Of a stretch of 61,017 nt of DNA, positions 9,549 to 19,114 are shown piece by piece. Within the stretch, counting starts at the first letter, position 1. Every line of letters starts with the position of its first letter. The position numbers were made by a program, and so were the translations under genes. Below the pieces are notes generated by a model. That model had not been told where the DNA came from. It saw nothing but the letters and a program-made list of their open reading frames with translations, and made no database searches. Origin of the DNA: a virus (taxonomy: Duplodnaviria; Caudoviricetes); IMG/VR virus record IMGVR_UViG_3300047586_000114, positions 1 through 61,017 of that record; one strand, 5' to 3'.

Positions 9549-10322
9549 ATGAATCGAGGATTTTACGGAAGTAAGTATTCGAGTGTTATCGTCGAAGTAC
9601 TCAAGAAACTTAACTGGTCACAACAACAATTAGCAGAAAGAAGTGGTGTTTCTTTACTGCGTGTTAATAGAATTATCAGTAAAAAAGTATTGAAGAAAGG
9701 CACAAAAAGTCATATTATTTCTTGCCTCCAAAAAATTCAAAATACGTTCGGGGGAATTGGTGTATTCATTCCTATCGAGGAAATGATACCAGAATTGTTT
9801 CCTGAATTGAAATCTTTTAAAGAAGTAGATTTCAATAATCAAACAATTATAAGGAGTAATTTTTATCTCTGTCCCAAACGTCAAGAAATGATAGAAGTGG
9901 TCTCTAATGTAGTAGAAAAGTTGGATCTTAAAGAAAGAGAAAACACTATCTTTAAGATGTGGTTCGAAGGGAAAAAACTCAGAGAAATTGGGAAGGAATT
10001 GAATTTAACACGTCAAAGAGTTCAACAACTTTTTGTTGATGTTTGTGAGAAAATAAGGGATGAAATTAAAAAGGAGGAACATCCTGAGATAGTAAGAGCT
10101 AAGACATTAATGGAATTGACACCGATTGAAAAACAATTTGCATCAATCCCAGGTGTCAAATATCCTGAAACTAGTAAAAGACAACAACGGTTAGAAAAAC
10201 AAGAAAGGAATCGGAAAAGAAAATTAGTAAAAAGGAATTCGTGGAAAAGTTTCAATCTCAAGTATAAAATAAATCAAAAAGGATTTATGGTACTGTTAAA
10301 GAAATTCTCCGAAACTATTTAA
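9549..10322 (+). CDS. XRE-HTH + sigma70 region-4-like transcription regulator
   Basis: WSQQQLAERSGVS HTH; LKERE...KLREIGKELNLTRQRVQQL region 4.2. Confidence 0.75.
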   Translation: MNRGFYGSKYSSVIVEVLKKLNWSQQQLAERSGVSLLRVNRIISKKVLKKGTKSHIISCLQKIQNTFGGIGVFIPIEEMIPELFPELKSFKEVDFNNQTIIRSNFYLCPKRQEMIEVVSNVVEKLDLKERENTIFKMWFEGKKLREIGKELNLTRQRVQQLFVDVCEKIRDEIKKEEHPEIVRAKTLMELTPIEKQFASIPGVKYPETSKRQQRLEKQERNRKRKLVKRNSWKSFNLKYKINQKGFMVLLKKFSETI

Positions 10323-10337
10323 AGAAAGGAGATTAAA

Positions 10338-10406
10338 GTGACTATACTTAGTATAGTCGGTGCTGGGTTAGTAATCGGTATTGTTTTAAAAGAGTTTAAA
10401 CTTTAA
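10338..10406 (+). CDS. 22-aa hydrophobic peptide
   Basis: AAAGGAG SD then GTG: MTILSIVGAGLVIGIVLKEFKL*. Confidence 0.45.
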   Translation: MTILSIVGAGLVIGIVLKEFKL

Positions 10407-10422
10407 CAAGAAAGGTGTCTAT

Positions 10423-10695
10423 ATGATCAACGGGTATGAGATGAGGTTCAATTCGGTATTGAATGGCAGAGACGAGAAACAACTAAAAATTCTTAACCGC
10501 GTGGAAACGGTTATGGATATACTGGATGTTTCAAAACGGTCTCGGATAATTTTGACCAAACGGAGCGAGGGTTTGACATATCGAGAGATTGGAGATATGT
10601 TAGGATTAACTACGGCTCGGATCTGTCAGATTTTTAACAGTGAATGTGAAAAAATAAGGAAAGGAGCAATGAGGGTCGGGTTAAGAAGTGCATAA
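10423..10695 (+). CDS. stand-alone sigma70 region-4-like protein
   Basis: GLTYREIGDMLGLTTARICQI; ...CEKIR shared with the 9549 ORF. Confidence 0.75.
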   Translation: MINGYEMRFNSVLNGRDEKQLKILNRVETVMDILDVSKRSRIILTKRSEGLTYREIGDMLGLTTARICQIFNSECEKIRKGAMRVGLRSA

Positions 10696-10705
10696 TTTTT
10701 CTTTT

Positions 10706-10834
10706 CAGGCGATGATAAGACGAGACTCTAACCCAGGGTTTTCTTATCATCGTCTGGATTGCCACTCATAAATACTATTTATTTGGGGTCTGTCTCCTGG
10801 GAAAATAAATAGTGTTTATTATAATCCAGACGGT
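10706..10834 (+). ncRNA. candidate structured/switching RNA
   Basis: 15-bp and 17-bp hairpins with G-U pairs on the + strand, complementary loops, alternative closing stem 10748-60/10823-34. Confidence 0.5.
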
Positions 10835-10866
10835 GAATTTTTTAACTACTTAACTAAAAGGAAGAT

Positions 10867-11052
10867 ATGCAAACATTAATGCACGGACAAGAATCGGATG
10901 AACAAGCATTGATACAACATAAAATTAGAGAAGGGTACAACAAAAAAGTTCGAGTTATGAGATTGAAGAAAAGAGAAAAGTTTGATATAAAAACTATTTC
11001 TTCTTTTTTGAATATGTACAACCAACAATTAACTAGGAACACATCATCATGA
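10867..11052 (+). CDS. hypothetical protein
   Basis: 61 aa, AAGGA SD. Confidence 0.5.
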   Translation: MQTLMHGQESDEQALIQHKIREGYNKKVRVMRLKKREKFDIKTISSFLNMYNQQLTRNTSS

Positions 11053-11201
11053 AAATCAAATGGAAAGAAACAACAATTGAGATTATCATAATTATTTTTA
11101 TTATGGTAACTCTCTTTATTGCTTTCTTATACGGGACCTCAAAGAGCGTCTGGTATTCAGCGGATTCGAATTATTCAACTCTGATGAAGAAAGGGAATTA
11201 A
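11049..11201 (+). CDS. small single-TM protein (50 aa)
   Basis: MKIKWKETTIEIIIIIFIMVTLFIAFLYG...; ATGA overlap with the upstream stop. Confidence 0.55.
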   Translation: MKIKWKETTIEIIIIIFIMVTLFIAFLYGTSKSVWYSADSNYSTLMKKGN

Positions 11202-11203
11202 CA

Positions 11204-11404
11204 ATGAAGAAGATAACTGAGTATCAACGTGGATTTTTGGCTGGACAGAAATCAAAAAATGAATGGTGGAAAAAAAGAATTGAACACTTTACAAAGTATA
11301 TCTATGATTTAGACATTGAGGAAAAAGTACAATTAGCTGAAAAAATTGCAAACTCACCTTTTCAAAATGCGATTATGAAATTATTGACAGAGAAAGGAAA
11401 GTAA
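11204..11404 (+). CDS. hypothetical protein
   Basis: 66 aa, operonic packing, SD present. Confidence 0.6.
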   Translation: MKKITEYQRGFLAGQKSKNEWWKKRIEHFTKYIYDLDIEEKVQLAEKIANSPFQNAIMKLLTEKGK

Positions 11405-11405
11405 G

Positions 11406-12041
11406 ATGATTACGTGCTGTGGTGGTATTCGTGTAAGAAACGGTCATTGTCCCATTTGTGGGGAAAGGTGGGATGATGAGGAAGAACAATACATTAATAA
11501 AGTTCAAGATCTCAAAAACAAACAAAACAACTATCATCGAGAAGTAAAAAATAAAAGGAAAACATCTATGAAAACGTCAATGTCAATGGTTCTGATATTA
11601 ATTATTGCAATCAGTGGATCGATTTCTATGGCTCTTGAATATGAAATTCCAACTGTGTTTGAATGGAATGTTCAAATGGCTAATGAAAAAATCACCAGTG
11701 TTAAAACAAACCAGTTCGGTACTATCAATGTTATCGAAACAAAATGTGATAATATTGATGCTACAATCATGTATATTTTAACTCGCACTACAAAAGGAAA
11801 AAAGACCACGCAAAATGAAACTCGCATAATGGGATATGAGTGTTTCATAATTATTACAAATACAGTATTTGTAATATATCCTAATGGATCATTCGATCAA
11901 GTTATTAATGGGAGTTTAAATAGAGGATCGTTTTCTATTGATATGACCAATTTGTCAAATTATGAATTTACAGATTCTGGTGTCGTATTGATGGATAAAG
12001 AAAACGGATCGGTTAAATTTTATAAAATAGAAAGGAAATAG
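11406..12041 (+). CDS. exported beta-rich protein with N-terminal Cys-rich extension (second start at 11568)
   Basis: Signal-like MKTSMSMVLILIIAISG from ATG 11568 with its own AAGGA SD; paralog of the 12132 ORF. Confidence 0.6.
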   Translation: MITCCGGIRVRNGHCPICGERWDDEEEQYINKVQDLKNKQNNYHREVKNKRKTSMKTSMSMVLILIIAISGSISMALEYEIPTVFEWNVQMANEKITSVKTNQFGTINVIETKCDNIDATIMYILTRTTKGKKTTQNETRIMGYECFIIITNTVFVIYPNGSFDQVINGSLNRGSFSIDMTNLSNYEFTDSGVVLMDKENGSVKFYKIERK

Positions 12042-12131
12042 ATTTCAAGATAAAAAAGAGACAGGTAAAATCGCAAAAATTTTTCGAAGTAAATTGTTAA
12101 AAAATAGAAAAAACACAAAGGAGATCTTTTT

Positions 12132-12590
12132 ATGAAAACGACGATAACAATGGTTCTAGTAGTGATCACCATGATTCTTGTGACGGGAATCAACAGTTTT
12201 GGGCAACAATCTAAAATGCCTACTGTCTTAGAGTGGAATCCGTCCCCGAATGAAACTATTACAAATGTAACGTACAATGATACCGGAACAATAATAGTAG
12301 TTGAATCTACTATTGACAACAAATCGATGTTAACAATATTAACTTATAATGAGAAAGGAAAAGCGAAGAATCAAATAGCAAGAATTAATAATCATGAACA
12401 ATTTAAATTGCTATCAAATTCCGTTTATGTTTTTTATGATGGTATCAAATCGTTTAGTAAAATAAACAAAGACGGTAAAATTTGGGCTAGTGGTGAATTT
12501 TCTCTTGATGGAAAAATCGACGATTATAAATTCACTGACAACGGATTCTTTAAAATAGATGGAGGAATTTCTTATTATTTAATCAGGTAA
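12132..12590 (+). CDS. exported protein, paralog of 11406..12041
   Basis: Signal peptide; PTVLEWN...NETITNV...GTIIVVE vs PTVFEWN...NEKITSV...GTINVIE. Confidence 0.7.
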   Translation: MKTTITMVLVVITMILVTGINSFGQQSKMPTVLEWNPSPNETITNVTYNDTGTIIVVESTIDNKSMLTILTYNEKGKAKNQIARINNHEQFKLLSNSVYVFYDGIKSFSKINKDGKIWASGEFSLDGKIDDYKFTDNGFFKIDGGISYYLIR

Positions 12591-12595
12591 ATAAT

Positions 12596-12634
12596 AAAAG
12601 AGTTGTAACTATATATGTTACAACTCTTTTTTTT
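12596..12634. terminator. bidirectional intrinsic terminator
   Basis: AAAAGAGTTGTAAC/GTTACAACTCTTTT stem with T-tract between convergent genes. Confidence 0.8.
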
Positions 12635-12644
12635 GTTTATTTTT

Positions 12645-15600
12645 TTAACTTAATTTTGTAAATTTAAATGTAACTTCCACTCCTATATCATTACCGGTAC
12701 CTTTGGCATATATTTCTAATAATTGATGAAGTTTGGTATCATAACAATCAGTATTTGTTATTTTTGAAGCACCACATAAAGAAACAAATCCATTTGTACC
12801 CCATAGAGGATCAATTATAGCAACTCCAAAATACGCATGATCTGTAGTTGTAAAAGAATTTAATCTAGCATATAAAGTATCAAAATTATTAGCGAGATTT
12901 TTAAAAAAATATACAAAAGTTTCCATTAAATATGTTCCAGTTGGCAAAGTAACTGTATCCGGACTTGATCCTATAGATATTCCACATTGATTTTTTAATG
13001 CTGTTAATGCAAAATTTAATGTATATGACCAATCCCCACCCCATGCAATACTATCATTTTTCCACCAAAAAACAGAAACCGGTAAAACAGAAGATACTGA
13101 TGCAAAATTACTAGCCAAATCACTAAACGCAACTTTTTTCTTACTATAACTTGTTAAACTATCTTCTATTAAAAATAAATCAGCATCACTTAATGTTGTT
13201 TTTGCTGACATTGAACCGTTCCATTCAGTAGCAACTTTTAAATAAGTTCCATCATGATTATGACTCACTGGAGCAAATCTTCCATCACAATCTCTAGTAG
13301 AAGCTATATTATATTGTCCATATGACCAACCACTCGTATAAAAGTTGATCATATTATTTGCTAATAATTTAGTTGTTGATGTTTCTCGCCATAATGGAAT
13401 TTTAAATGGATTAACAACTGAATCAAGAGCTGTATATGAAATATCTCCACCGCCTCCGCCACCTCCAGCTATCCAACCCACAGTACCATTAGTACTAGTT
13501 GCACCTAAAACATAACCCACTGTAGTACTAACAAAACCATAAGGTTGATATCTTATTGCTCTTTGAAATAAAGAAATATTTCCGCCTACTGTAGGACTTC
13601 CTTGTAGAGAAATATGACAAATTAAACCACCATTACCACCATCTCCTTCTGATACTGGCCAAATACCTTCCCAAGCATTTAAATTAAAAACATTAGTACC
13701 ATATACGGTACTGACATTAGCTGATGTTATACTTCCGTGTGGATAATATCCTTGATGAAGTGGAGCGGGATTATAAAACCAATTATTTAAACTTAAACTA
13801 CATGAATTAGTAGATTGTAATACTGTAGTACCATCTATTCTAAGTGCATCTCCTGTTGCTGGAACAAGAACCGCCACACCATTATATCCTCTAATGGATA
13901 ATTGACCACTATGATGATGCAAAATATAATTATCAGCATCGCAAAAATTAATTCCTCTTTCGCTGCCTGATGCCCATGTAGTACCTGTTGTTCTATAGGA
14001 TAATCCTGCTCCATTTTCATAAGCATCACTTATAGTTTGTCCACCATCAAACATTGCTAAATATGGACTACTTCCTGATCCAGTAATTAAACCGCTAAGT
14101 TGTGCAGATGTTAAATGGTAATAATCTGGACCAGATCCTTGTTTACTAGTTGTATCATTATGAGCATGAGTATGACCATCCATTGAAAATTTAGTCCATG
14201 TATTCCAAGTTGTTCCGTTTGATGAACGATAATAAATGTTACTACCATCATTATAATAAGCATATATTTGGGCGGAATAACCGGGTTGAGCTATATTATC
14301 GGAGTTTTGAAAATGAATAACATGTTTCCATGCTGCAATTGCATCAAGAGCTTGTATTGTTGTGTAAATACCGGTGTGTCCTGTATTAACATGCAATTCT
14401 GAACCTGAAGAAAGATAAGCATAAGCTAAATTACTATGTATATGATAACTACTTGCATCAGAACTTCCGCCACTTCTTAAAGCGGTCCATTCCGCAGATG
14501 TTAAATGATAATATTGTCCAGGAGTTCCTCCATCTAAACCAGTTAAACTGTTGTGATCTTTTGTATATAAACTACTATGATTATGATAAGCAGAAGCATC
14601 TTGAACAACAACTGTACAATCTGAACCTGTAACAACTTGCCAAGTCAATAACTTCATATGATAATATTGCGCAGGAGTTCCTCCATCTAATCCAAGTAAA
14701 TCATTGTGATAATATGAGAATAAAGATCCCATATCAACCCAATTAGCACCAGTATAAATATAAACTTTTCCGGGAGTTTCTACATAAACGCAAGCACCAT
14801 TAGTGGGAGGTTCAAATACCCATCCAGTTCCTGTGTATTGTGTGGTATTATTAGCATGACCAGTCCAATCTACTCCAGTAGGTGATGTTCCGATTAAATA
14901 TCTTTGACCGACAGAAGGACTTCCTGGTTGTGTATTTGTTATACTTAATACACTTTCTCTCCAGTCAATTTGTCTATTAACTAATAAACCACCAACTGTA
15001 ACTCCATCACCAATATAGAGTTGTTTAGTATCAGTTGAAAAAGCAAATTCTCCTTCTGCCAACACATAACTAACTCTAGCTGAATCTAATCCTCTTCTAG
15101 TTTCAAATAAACTAGTATCTGTTTGATATTTAGAAGCAAAAGATCCGCCACTAATTATTCTGTTTCTTGTTCTCCAAGGTAAGACATTTCCTATAGTAGC
15201 TGATTCAGCTTGAAAAATAATATTTTCATAATCATATGTAAAAGCAGTTACTCCACTAGCATCAATTAAAACACCAACTGTATTAGGAACATAAAATTTA
15301 CCAGGAGTTAAACCGGATAAATTTTCTATCTGACCGGCTAATGTAACCCAAAAATCATCAGAATCAACTACAGTACTTAAAATACCTATAGCTAATTTAG
15401 AAGAATTATTTCCATTTGCATATTCCCAACGACTATTTATAGAGCTATAAAATACAGCTTTACCCACATCACCAGGTACAAATCCCTCACTCGCTAATCC
15501 TCTTATAATAATAGCTTGAGCACCAGGTACACCATCATGAAATACACAAGAGATCCAATCAGTACCATTTGAAAATAGTACATCGCCGCCATCATGTGGA

Positions 15601-15701
15601 TCATAAACCAAACGACTAGTCCAACTAGATGCTGATTCTACTCCTGTATCAACTTGTTCAAGTAGGAGTTTCCCCAACATTTCTACTTTTGAATAAATCA
15701 T
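12645..15701 (-). CDS. tail fibre / receptor-binding protein
   Basis: RRG...LAEGEFAFSTDTKQLYIGDG (Mtd-N/hyaluronidase-like), DUF2793-like segment, repeated HNxLxGLDGGTPxQYYH and HxH motifs, Gly/Ser/Thr-rich. Confidence 0.8.
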   Translation of the reverse strand: MIYSKVEMLGKLLLEQVDTGVESASSWTSRLVYDPHDGGDVLFSNGTDWISCVFHDGVPGAQAIIIRGLASEGFVPGDVGKAVFYSSINSRWEYANGNNSSKLAIGILSTVVDSDDFWVTLAGQIENLSGLTPGKFYVPNTVGVLIDASGVTAFTYDYENIIFQAESATIGNVLPWRTRNRIISGGSFASKYQTDTSLFETRRGLDSARVSYVLAEGEFAFSTDTKQLYIGDGVTVGGLLVNRQIDWRESVLSITNTQPGSPSVGQRYLIGTSPTGVDWTGHANNTTQYTGTGWVFEPPTNGACVYVETPGKVYIYTGANWVDMGSLFSYYHNDLLGLDGGTPAQYYHMKLLTWQVVTGSDCTVVVQDASAYHNHSSLYTKDHNSLTGLDGGTPGQYYHLTSAEWTALRSGGSSDASSYHIHSNLAYAYLSSGSELHVNTGHTGIYTTIQALDAIAAWKHVIHFQNSDNIAQPGYSAQIYAYYNDGSNIYYRSSNGTTWNTWTKFSMDGHTHAHNDTTSKQGSGPDYYHLTSAQLSGLITGSGSSPYLAMFDGGQTISDAYENGAGLSYRTTGTTWASGSERGINFCDADNYILHHHSGQLSIRGYNGVAVLVPATGDALRIDGTTVLQSTNSCSLSLNNWFYNPAPLHQGYYPHGSITSANVSTVYGTNVFNLNAWEGIWPVSEGDGGNGGLICHISLQGSPTVGGNISLFQRAIRYQPYGFVSTTVGYVLGATSTNGTVGWIAGGGGGGGDISYTALDSVVNPFKIPLWRETSTTKLLANNMINFYTSGWSYGQYNIASTRDCDGRFAPVSHNHDGTYLKVATEWNGSMSAKTTLSDADLFLIEDSLTSYSKKKVAFSDLASNFASVSSVLPVSVFWWKNDSIAWGGDWSYTLNFALTALKNQCGISIGSSPDTVTLPTGTYLMETFVYFFKNLANNFDTLYARLNSFTTTDHAYFGVAIIDPLWGTNGFVSLCGASKITNTDCYDTKLHQLLEIYAKGTGNDIGVEVTFKFTKLS

Positions 15702-15720
15702 ATTGAAAAAGTTCCTTTAT

Positions 15721-15966
15721 TTACTTTCTTGACGCGATGACTTCTATTGTATAGCGTTTGTTAAATTTAAAACTAATGGTGTATACTATAGTCCTAATAG
15801 CTTGAATTACTTTTCCCATTTTTCCAATCATTTTTCCCTGATCTTCTTTTGCAACATGTATTTCAATGATAGAGGAAATATCTCCTTCAATTTCTTTAAC
15901 ATCAACTTCATCTGGTTTTTCACAAATTTCTTGTGCAATTGTTTTAATTAGTTGTGCGATTGTCAT
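15721..15966 (-). CDS. khpA: KH-domain RNA-binding protein (KhpA/UPF0109 family)
   Basis: 81 aa; KPDEVDV...IEIHVAKEDQGKMIGKMGKVIQAIRTIV with intact GxxG. Confidence 0.85.
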   Translation of the reverse strand: MTIAQLIKTIAQEICEKPDEVDVKEIEGDISSIIEIHVAKEDQGKMIGKMGKVIQAIRTIVYTISFKFNKRYTIEVIASRK

Positions 15967-15983
15967 TTTAATTAGTCCTTGTG

Positions 15984-16877
15984 TTAGATATATAATACAT
16001 GTACATCAGGAGTTCCACCATCTACAGCTGCATCAAAAGCTAAATCAAATTGATTAATACTATTATGTTTAATTTTAACTGGTTCAATAACTTCACTAAT
16101 ATCATCCCAAATAACTTGAACCATAGGATAGTGACCCAAATTATGTGTTATCCTTAATATATTATAGGGGGAACCAGCAATATAATCAGAAGCTATTTTA
16201 GCTACATTATGATAAAATCCAGCATCAGCTTTTGAAACTAAAGTAGGAACTCCAGAAGAATTTAATGTAACCACTGTATCAGTATTAGATAAATCTGTTA
16301 AATGATTTGTAATGGGATTTATACTATCAGCGGCTCTTGCTTTTGTATCATTATATGTTTCGTAAAGATTTAAAATTTGACGTTCTATAACACCATCTGT
16401 TTGTTCTACAGTATCGATAACAAAAGTACTAGAAAAATTAATTTTAGCTAAAAACAAATGATACATTGGATCAAAATCATCAATATGTTTTAACAATTTA
16501 ATATATGCTTGAGGAGGATCAGGAAGTTTTTGATACTGATAAGTTAAAACTAAATAAGCAACAGTTAATAACTCCATGTTTTTAGGTTCACCAACTGTTC
16601 TAATAATATAATTATCCTCATCTGTAATATCAAAAGTAACATCATTAACTATTTGAATTACTACAGGACAATCATCAGAACTTGTAATATCTCTATCTTT
16701 AGCGCAAAAACCTTTAGTAACAAATAATTCTGTATCAGATAATTTTGAAACAAACAACATACTATCAGCAGCGATGGCTCCGGCTTTACTGCCCAGAATA
16801 AGTCTCATTAACTTGTTAACGTTATTTGAGTGGTAAGATGAAAATGGATCAACAGCCCGTATTTGTGTAGGAATCAT
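15984..16877 (-). CDS. probable virion/tail-fibre-associated protein
   Basis: C-terminal ITHNLGHYPMVQV motif common in phage fibre proteins; context. Confidence 0.55.
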   Translation of the reverse strand: MIPTQIRAVDPFSSYHSNNVNKLMRLILGSKAGAIAADSMLFVSKLSDTELFVTKGFCAKDRDITSSDDCPVVIQIVNDVTFDITDEDNYIIRTVGEPKNMELLTVAYLVLTYQYQKLPDPPQAYIKLLKHIDDFDPMYHLFLAKINFSSTFVIDTVEQTDGVIERQILNLYETYNDTKARAADSINPITNHLTDLSNTDTVVTLNSSGVPTLVSKADAGFYHNVAKIASDYIAGSPYNILRITHNLGHYPMVQVIWDDISEVIEPVKIKHNSINQFDLAFDAAVDGGTPDVHVLYI

Positions 16878-16940
16878 AGATAAAAAGTTCCTTGTAGATA
16901 TGAATTAATTTCCCATTATTATTTTGTTCAAAGTTCGTCA

Positions 16941-17729
16941 CTAAATTATTTTGACAAAATTCGGATTCTTCCAAAACGGAAATTTAAAGTTGCATCTTGG
17001 TTGAAAAATATTATTACTGTCATACTTTTTATTTTTAAGATATTCAGAATCTATCTTAACTATTTCATTCCATTGGTCTTTACTATAACAATTAAATGTT
17101 CCAGTTTGATTATAATGATTAGTTAAGTTTCCCCCAATTAAACTTAAAGATTTATCTCCGAATACTAGTCTGATTCTATTATTAAATTCGCTATCTGTTC
17201 CATATTGTTTTAAATTCTCGTCATAGTACCCACACTTATCATATATTACCTTATTATATAAGGTGCAACCTGAGCCATGATCGCAAGTATCTATAATTTG
17301 AAATGTTTGTCTTCTATACTGAACTCTATTTTGACCGAAGTAACAAACTACTGTAGCACATGTTTTTTTATTTAAATGTTCCAAAGCATGTATCATATGA
17401 ACAAAAAATCTATCGTTGATAAATTCTATATCATCATCTATCATCCAAAAATAATCGTAATTTAATTCTTTAAAATAATCAATCAAATCATTAGTTCCTG
17501 TTGCTACTCCAATATTTTCTGAACAAAGAAATCCTGTAAAATTATCTCTTAATTGATTTTTTATTTTAATTAAATTATCTTCTTTAGCTCCTTTAGATCC
17601 TTGAGATAATACCACCCATTTCCATTGATACATACTTAATTGAGGTATAATACATTTTTGTATACTTTTATATAACCTTATTAAAGTATCATTTCCACCA
17701 CCGTTTAGAGTTCCGAGAAAGATTTTCAT
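16941..17729 (-). CDS. glycosyltransferase family 2
   Basis: SENIGVATGTN, YFWMIDDD (DxD), GYYDE..YGTDSEF..R. Confidence 0.8.
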   Translation of the reverse strand: MKIFLGTLNGGGNDTLIRLYKSIQKCIIPQLSMYQWKWVVLSQGSKGAKEDNLIKIKNQLRDNFTGFLCSENIGVATGTNDLIDYFKELNYDYFWMIDDDIEFINDRFFVHMIHALEHLNKKTCATVVCYFGQNRVQYRRQTFQIIDTCDHGSGCTLYNKVIYDKCGYYDENLKQYGTDSEFNNRIRLVFGDKSLSLIGGNLTNHYNQTGTFNCYSKDQWNEIVKIDSEYLKNKKYDSNNIFQPRCNFKFPFWKNPNFVKII

Positions 17730-17744
17730 TTTATTTGCTCCAGT

Positions 17745-17790
17745 TATAAATTTAAATTTTGTTCAGATTTTAGAACAAATTAAATAATTT
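17745..17790. promoter_or_regulatory. back-to-back GAACAAA promoter-like motifs between divergent genes
   Basis: TTTGTTC at 17758-64 and GAACAAA at 17773-79, each followed by an AT tract pointing into its gene. Confidence 0.55.
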
Positions 17791-17818
17791 TTGTGTATTT
17801 AAACAGGAAATTTTTACT

Positions 17819-19114
17819 ATGCCAACAAATGTTCAAAGATATAGAATTACTTTTCGAATAGGTCAAAATGATCTATCTCCTTTTCTAAAAAGAATTAAAA
17901 TTAATAATAACATTAAAAACACATACTGTAATGTAATTTTTGCTTTCGATATGGGAATTAGAGAATATTATATAGATAATGATTTTTATGGCAAGAGTGA
18001 GATAATTTTTAAAATAGACCACTTGGATATAGAAAAAAAAGTCATTGATACATATGGTTTTGTATTAGGAATAGTTTCATCTAATTTATCTTTAGTTACA
18101 CAACAAATAGGATCATTTGCAGATACAGATGCGACATATGAAAATGCGACACAAGAAATTATAGTTGTTTGTATTCCGTTATTAGCTGTAAATAAATTAG
18201 GAACACTGGTAAATTATGTTTCTTCTGATGATACAAAATTAACAGCACTGGAAACAGTTAGAAATGTAGCTAAAAATTTAGCTAAAATAAATATTGAAAA
18301 AATAGATATGAGGAATCAAAACACTCAACAACTAAGACAAGTTTGTATTCCTCCAATGTCAATTAATAAATTAGTACCATTTATGAATAGTAATTATGGA
18401 CTTTATAATGGTCCATTGTTTTACTATTGTGATCATTATGGTAATTTAATGATGTGGAATTTAAAAACTATTTACAATGATAATCCGGCTTTTGTTATTC
18501 ATCAACAAGCAATGGATAGACCAAAATCAAGTCCACCATTAGATGAAAAAATTAATAATCTGATAGCTGATTTTTCTAGAAAAGAAGGCAACTTTATGTC
18601 TATGATGCCGATAGATACTTTAAAGTTAGCCAACGCAACTGTAATTAAAAATAGTTATAGACACATGTATGTATATCATCCACCATATGATTTATATGGA
18701 ACAGGAATGATGTCAGCAGAAGAATTAGTTAAGCAATCTTGTTTTGTTGATGATAAAGATAAAAATAAACCAACAATGGTAAACAATCATGAATTGTTAA
18801 AAGTTTTAAAAAGATATACAACTAACACTACTGGTGATACAGTTTACTCGGAAACTCAAGGTGATGTTTTAATAAAAGCAAATGAATCTTTAGAGTATGC
18901 AACTATATCTCCTTTAAGAGTAAAAGTTAATGGGGTAGTTAGATTTTCTTTTTTCTTAACTGTTGGTACATGTTGTGATTTAATTACTTACGCACAAATT
19001 TATAAACAGTTCGAAGGCAAATATATTTTAGGACAAAGTTCAGTAGACTTAACAAGAGATCATACAAACGAATGGACTACAAACTGTAGATTATTATTAT
19101 ATCGGAGTTTATGA
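17819..19114 (+). CDS. probable tail/baseplate hub protein
   Basis: 431 aa; C-terminal F.GKYIL..S.....R..TNEW pattern of hub-like proteins; context. Confidence 0.4.
   Translation: MPTNVQRYRITFRIGQNDLSPFLKRIKINNNIKNTYCNVIFAFDMGIREYYIDNDFYGKSEIIFKIDHLDIEKKVIDTYGFVLGIVSSNLSLVTQQIGSFADTDATYENATQEIIVVCIPLLAVNKLGTLVNYVSSDDTKLTALETVRNVAKNLAKINIEKIDMRNQNTQQLRQVCIPPMSINKLVPFMNSNYGLYNGPLFYYCDHYGNLMMWNLKTIYNDNPAFVIHQQAMDRPKSSPPLDEKINNLIADFSRKEGNFMSMMPIDTLKLANATVIKNSYRHMYVYHPPYDLYGTGMMSAEELVKQSCFVDDKDKNKPTMVNNHELLKVLKRYTTNTTGDTVYSETQGDVLIKANESLEYATISPLRVKVNGVVRFSFFLTVGTCCDLITYAQIYKQFEGKYILGQSSVDLTRDHTNEWTTNCRLLLYRSL

Noticed and set aside
12645-15701. Diversity-generating retroelement targeting the tail fibre
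   Set aside because: No reverse transcriptase and no template/variable repeat pair visible in the window
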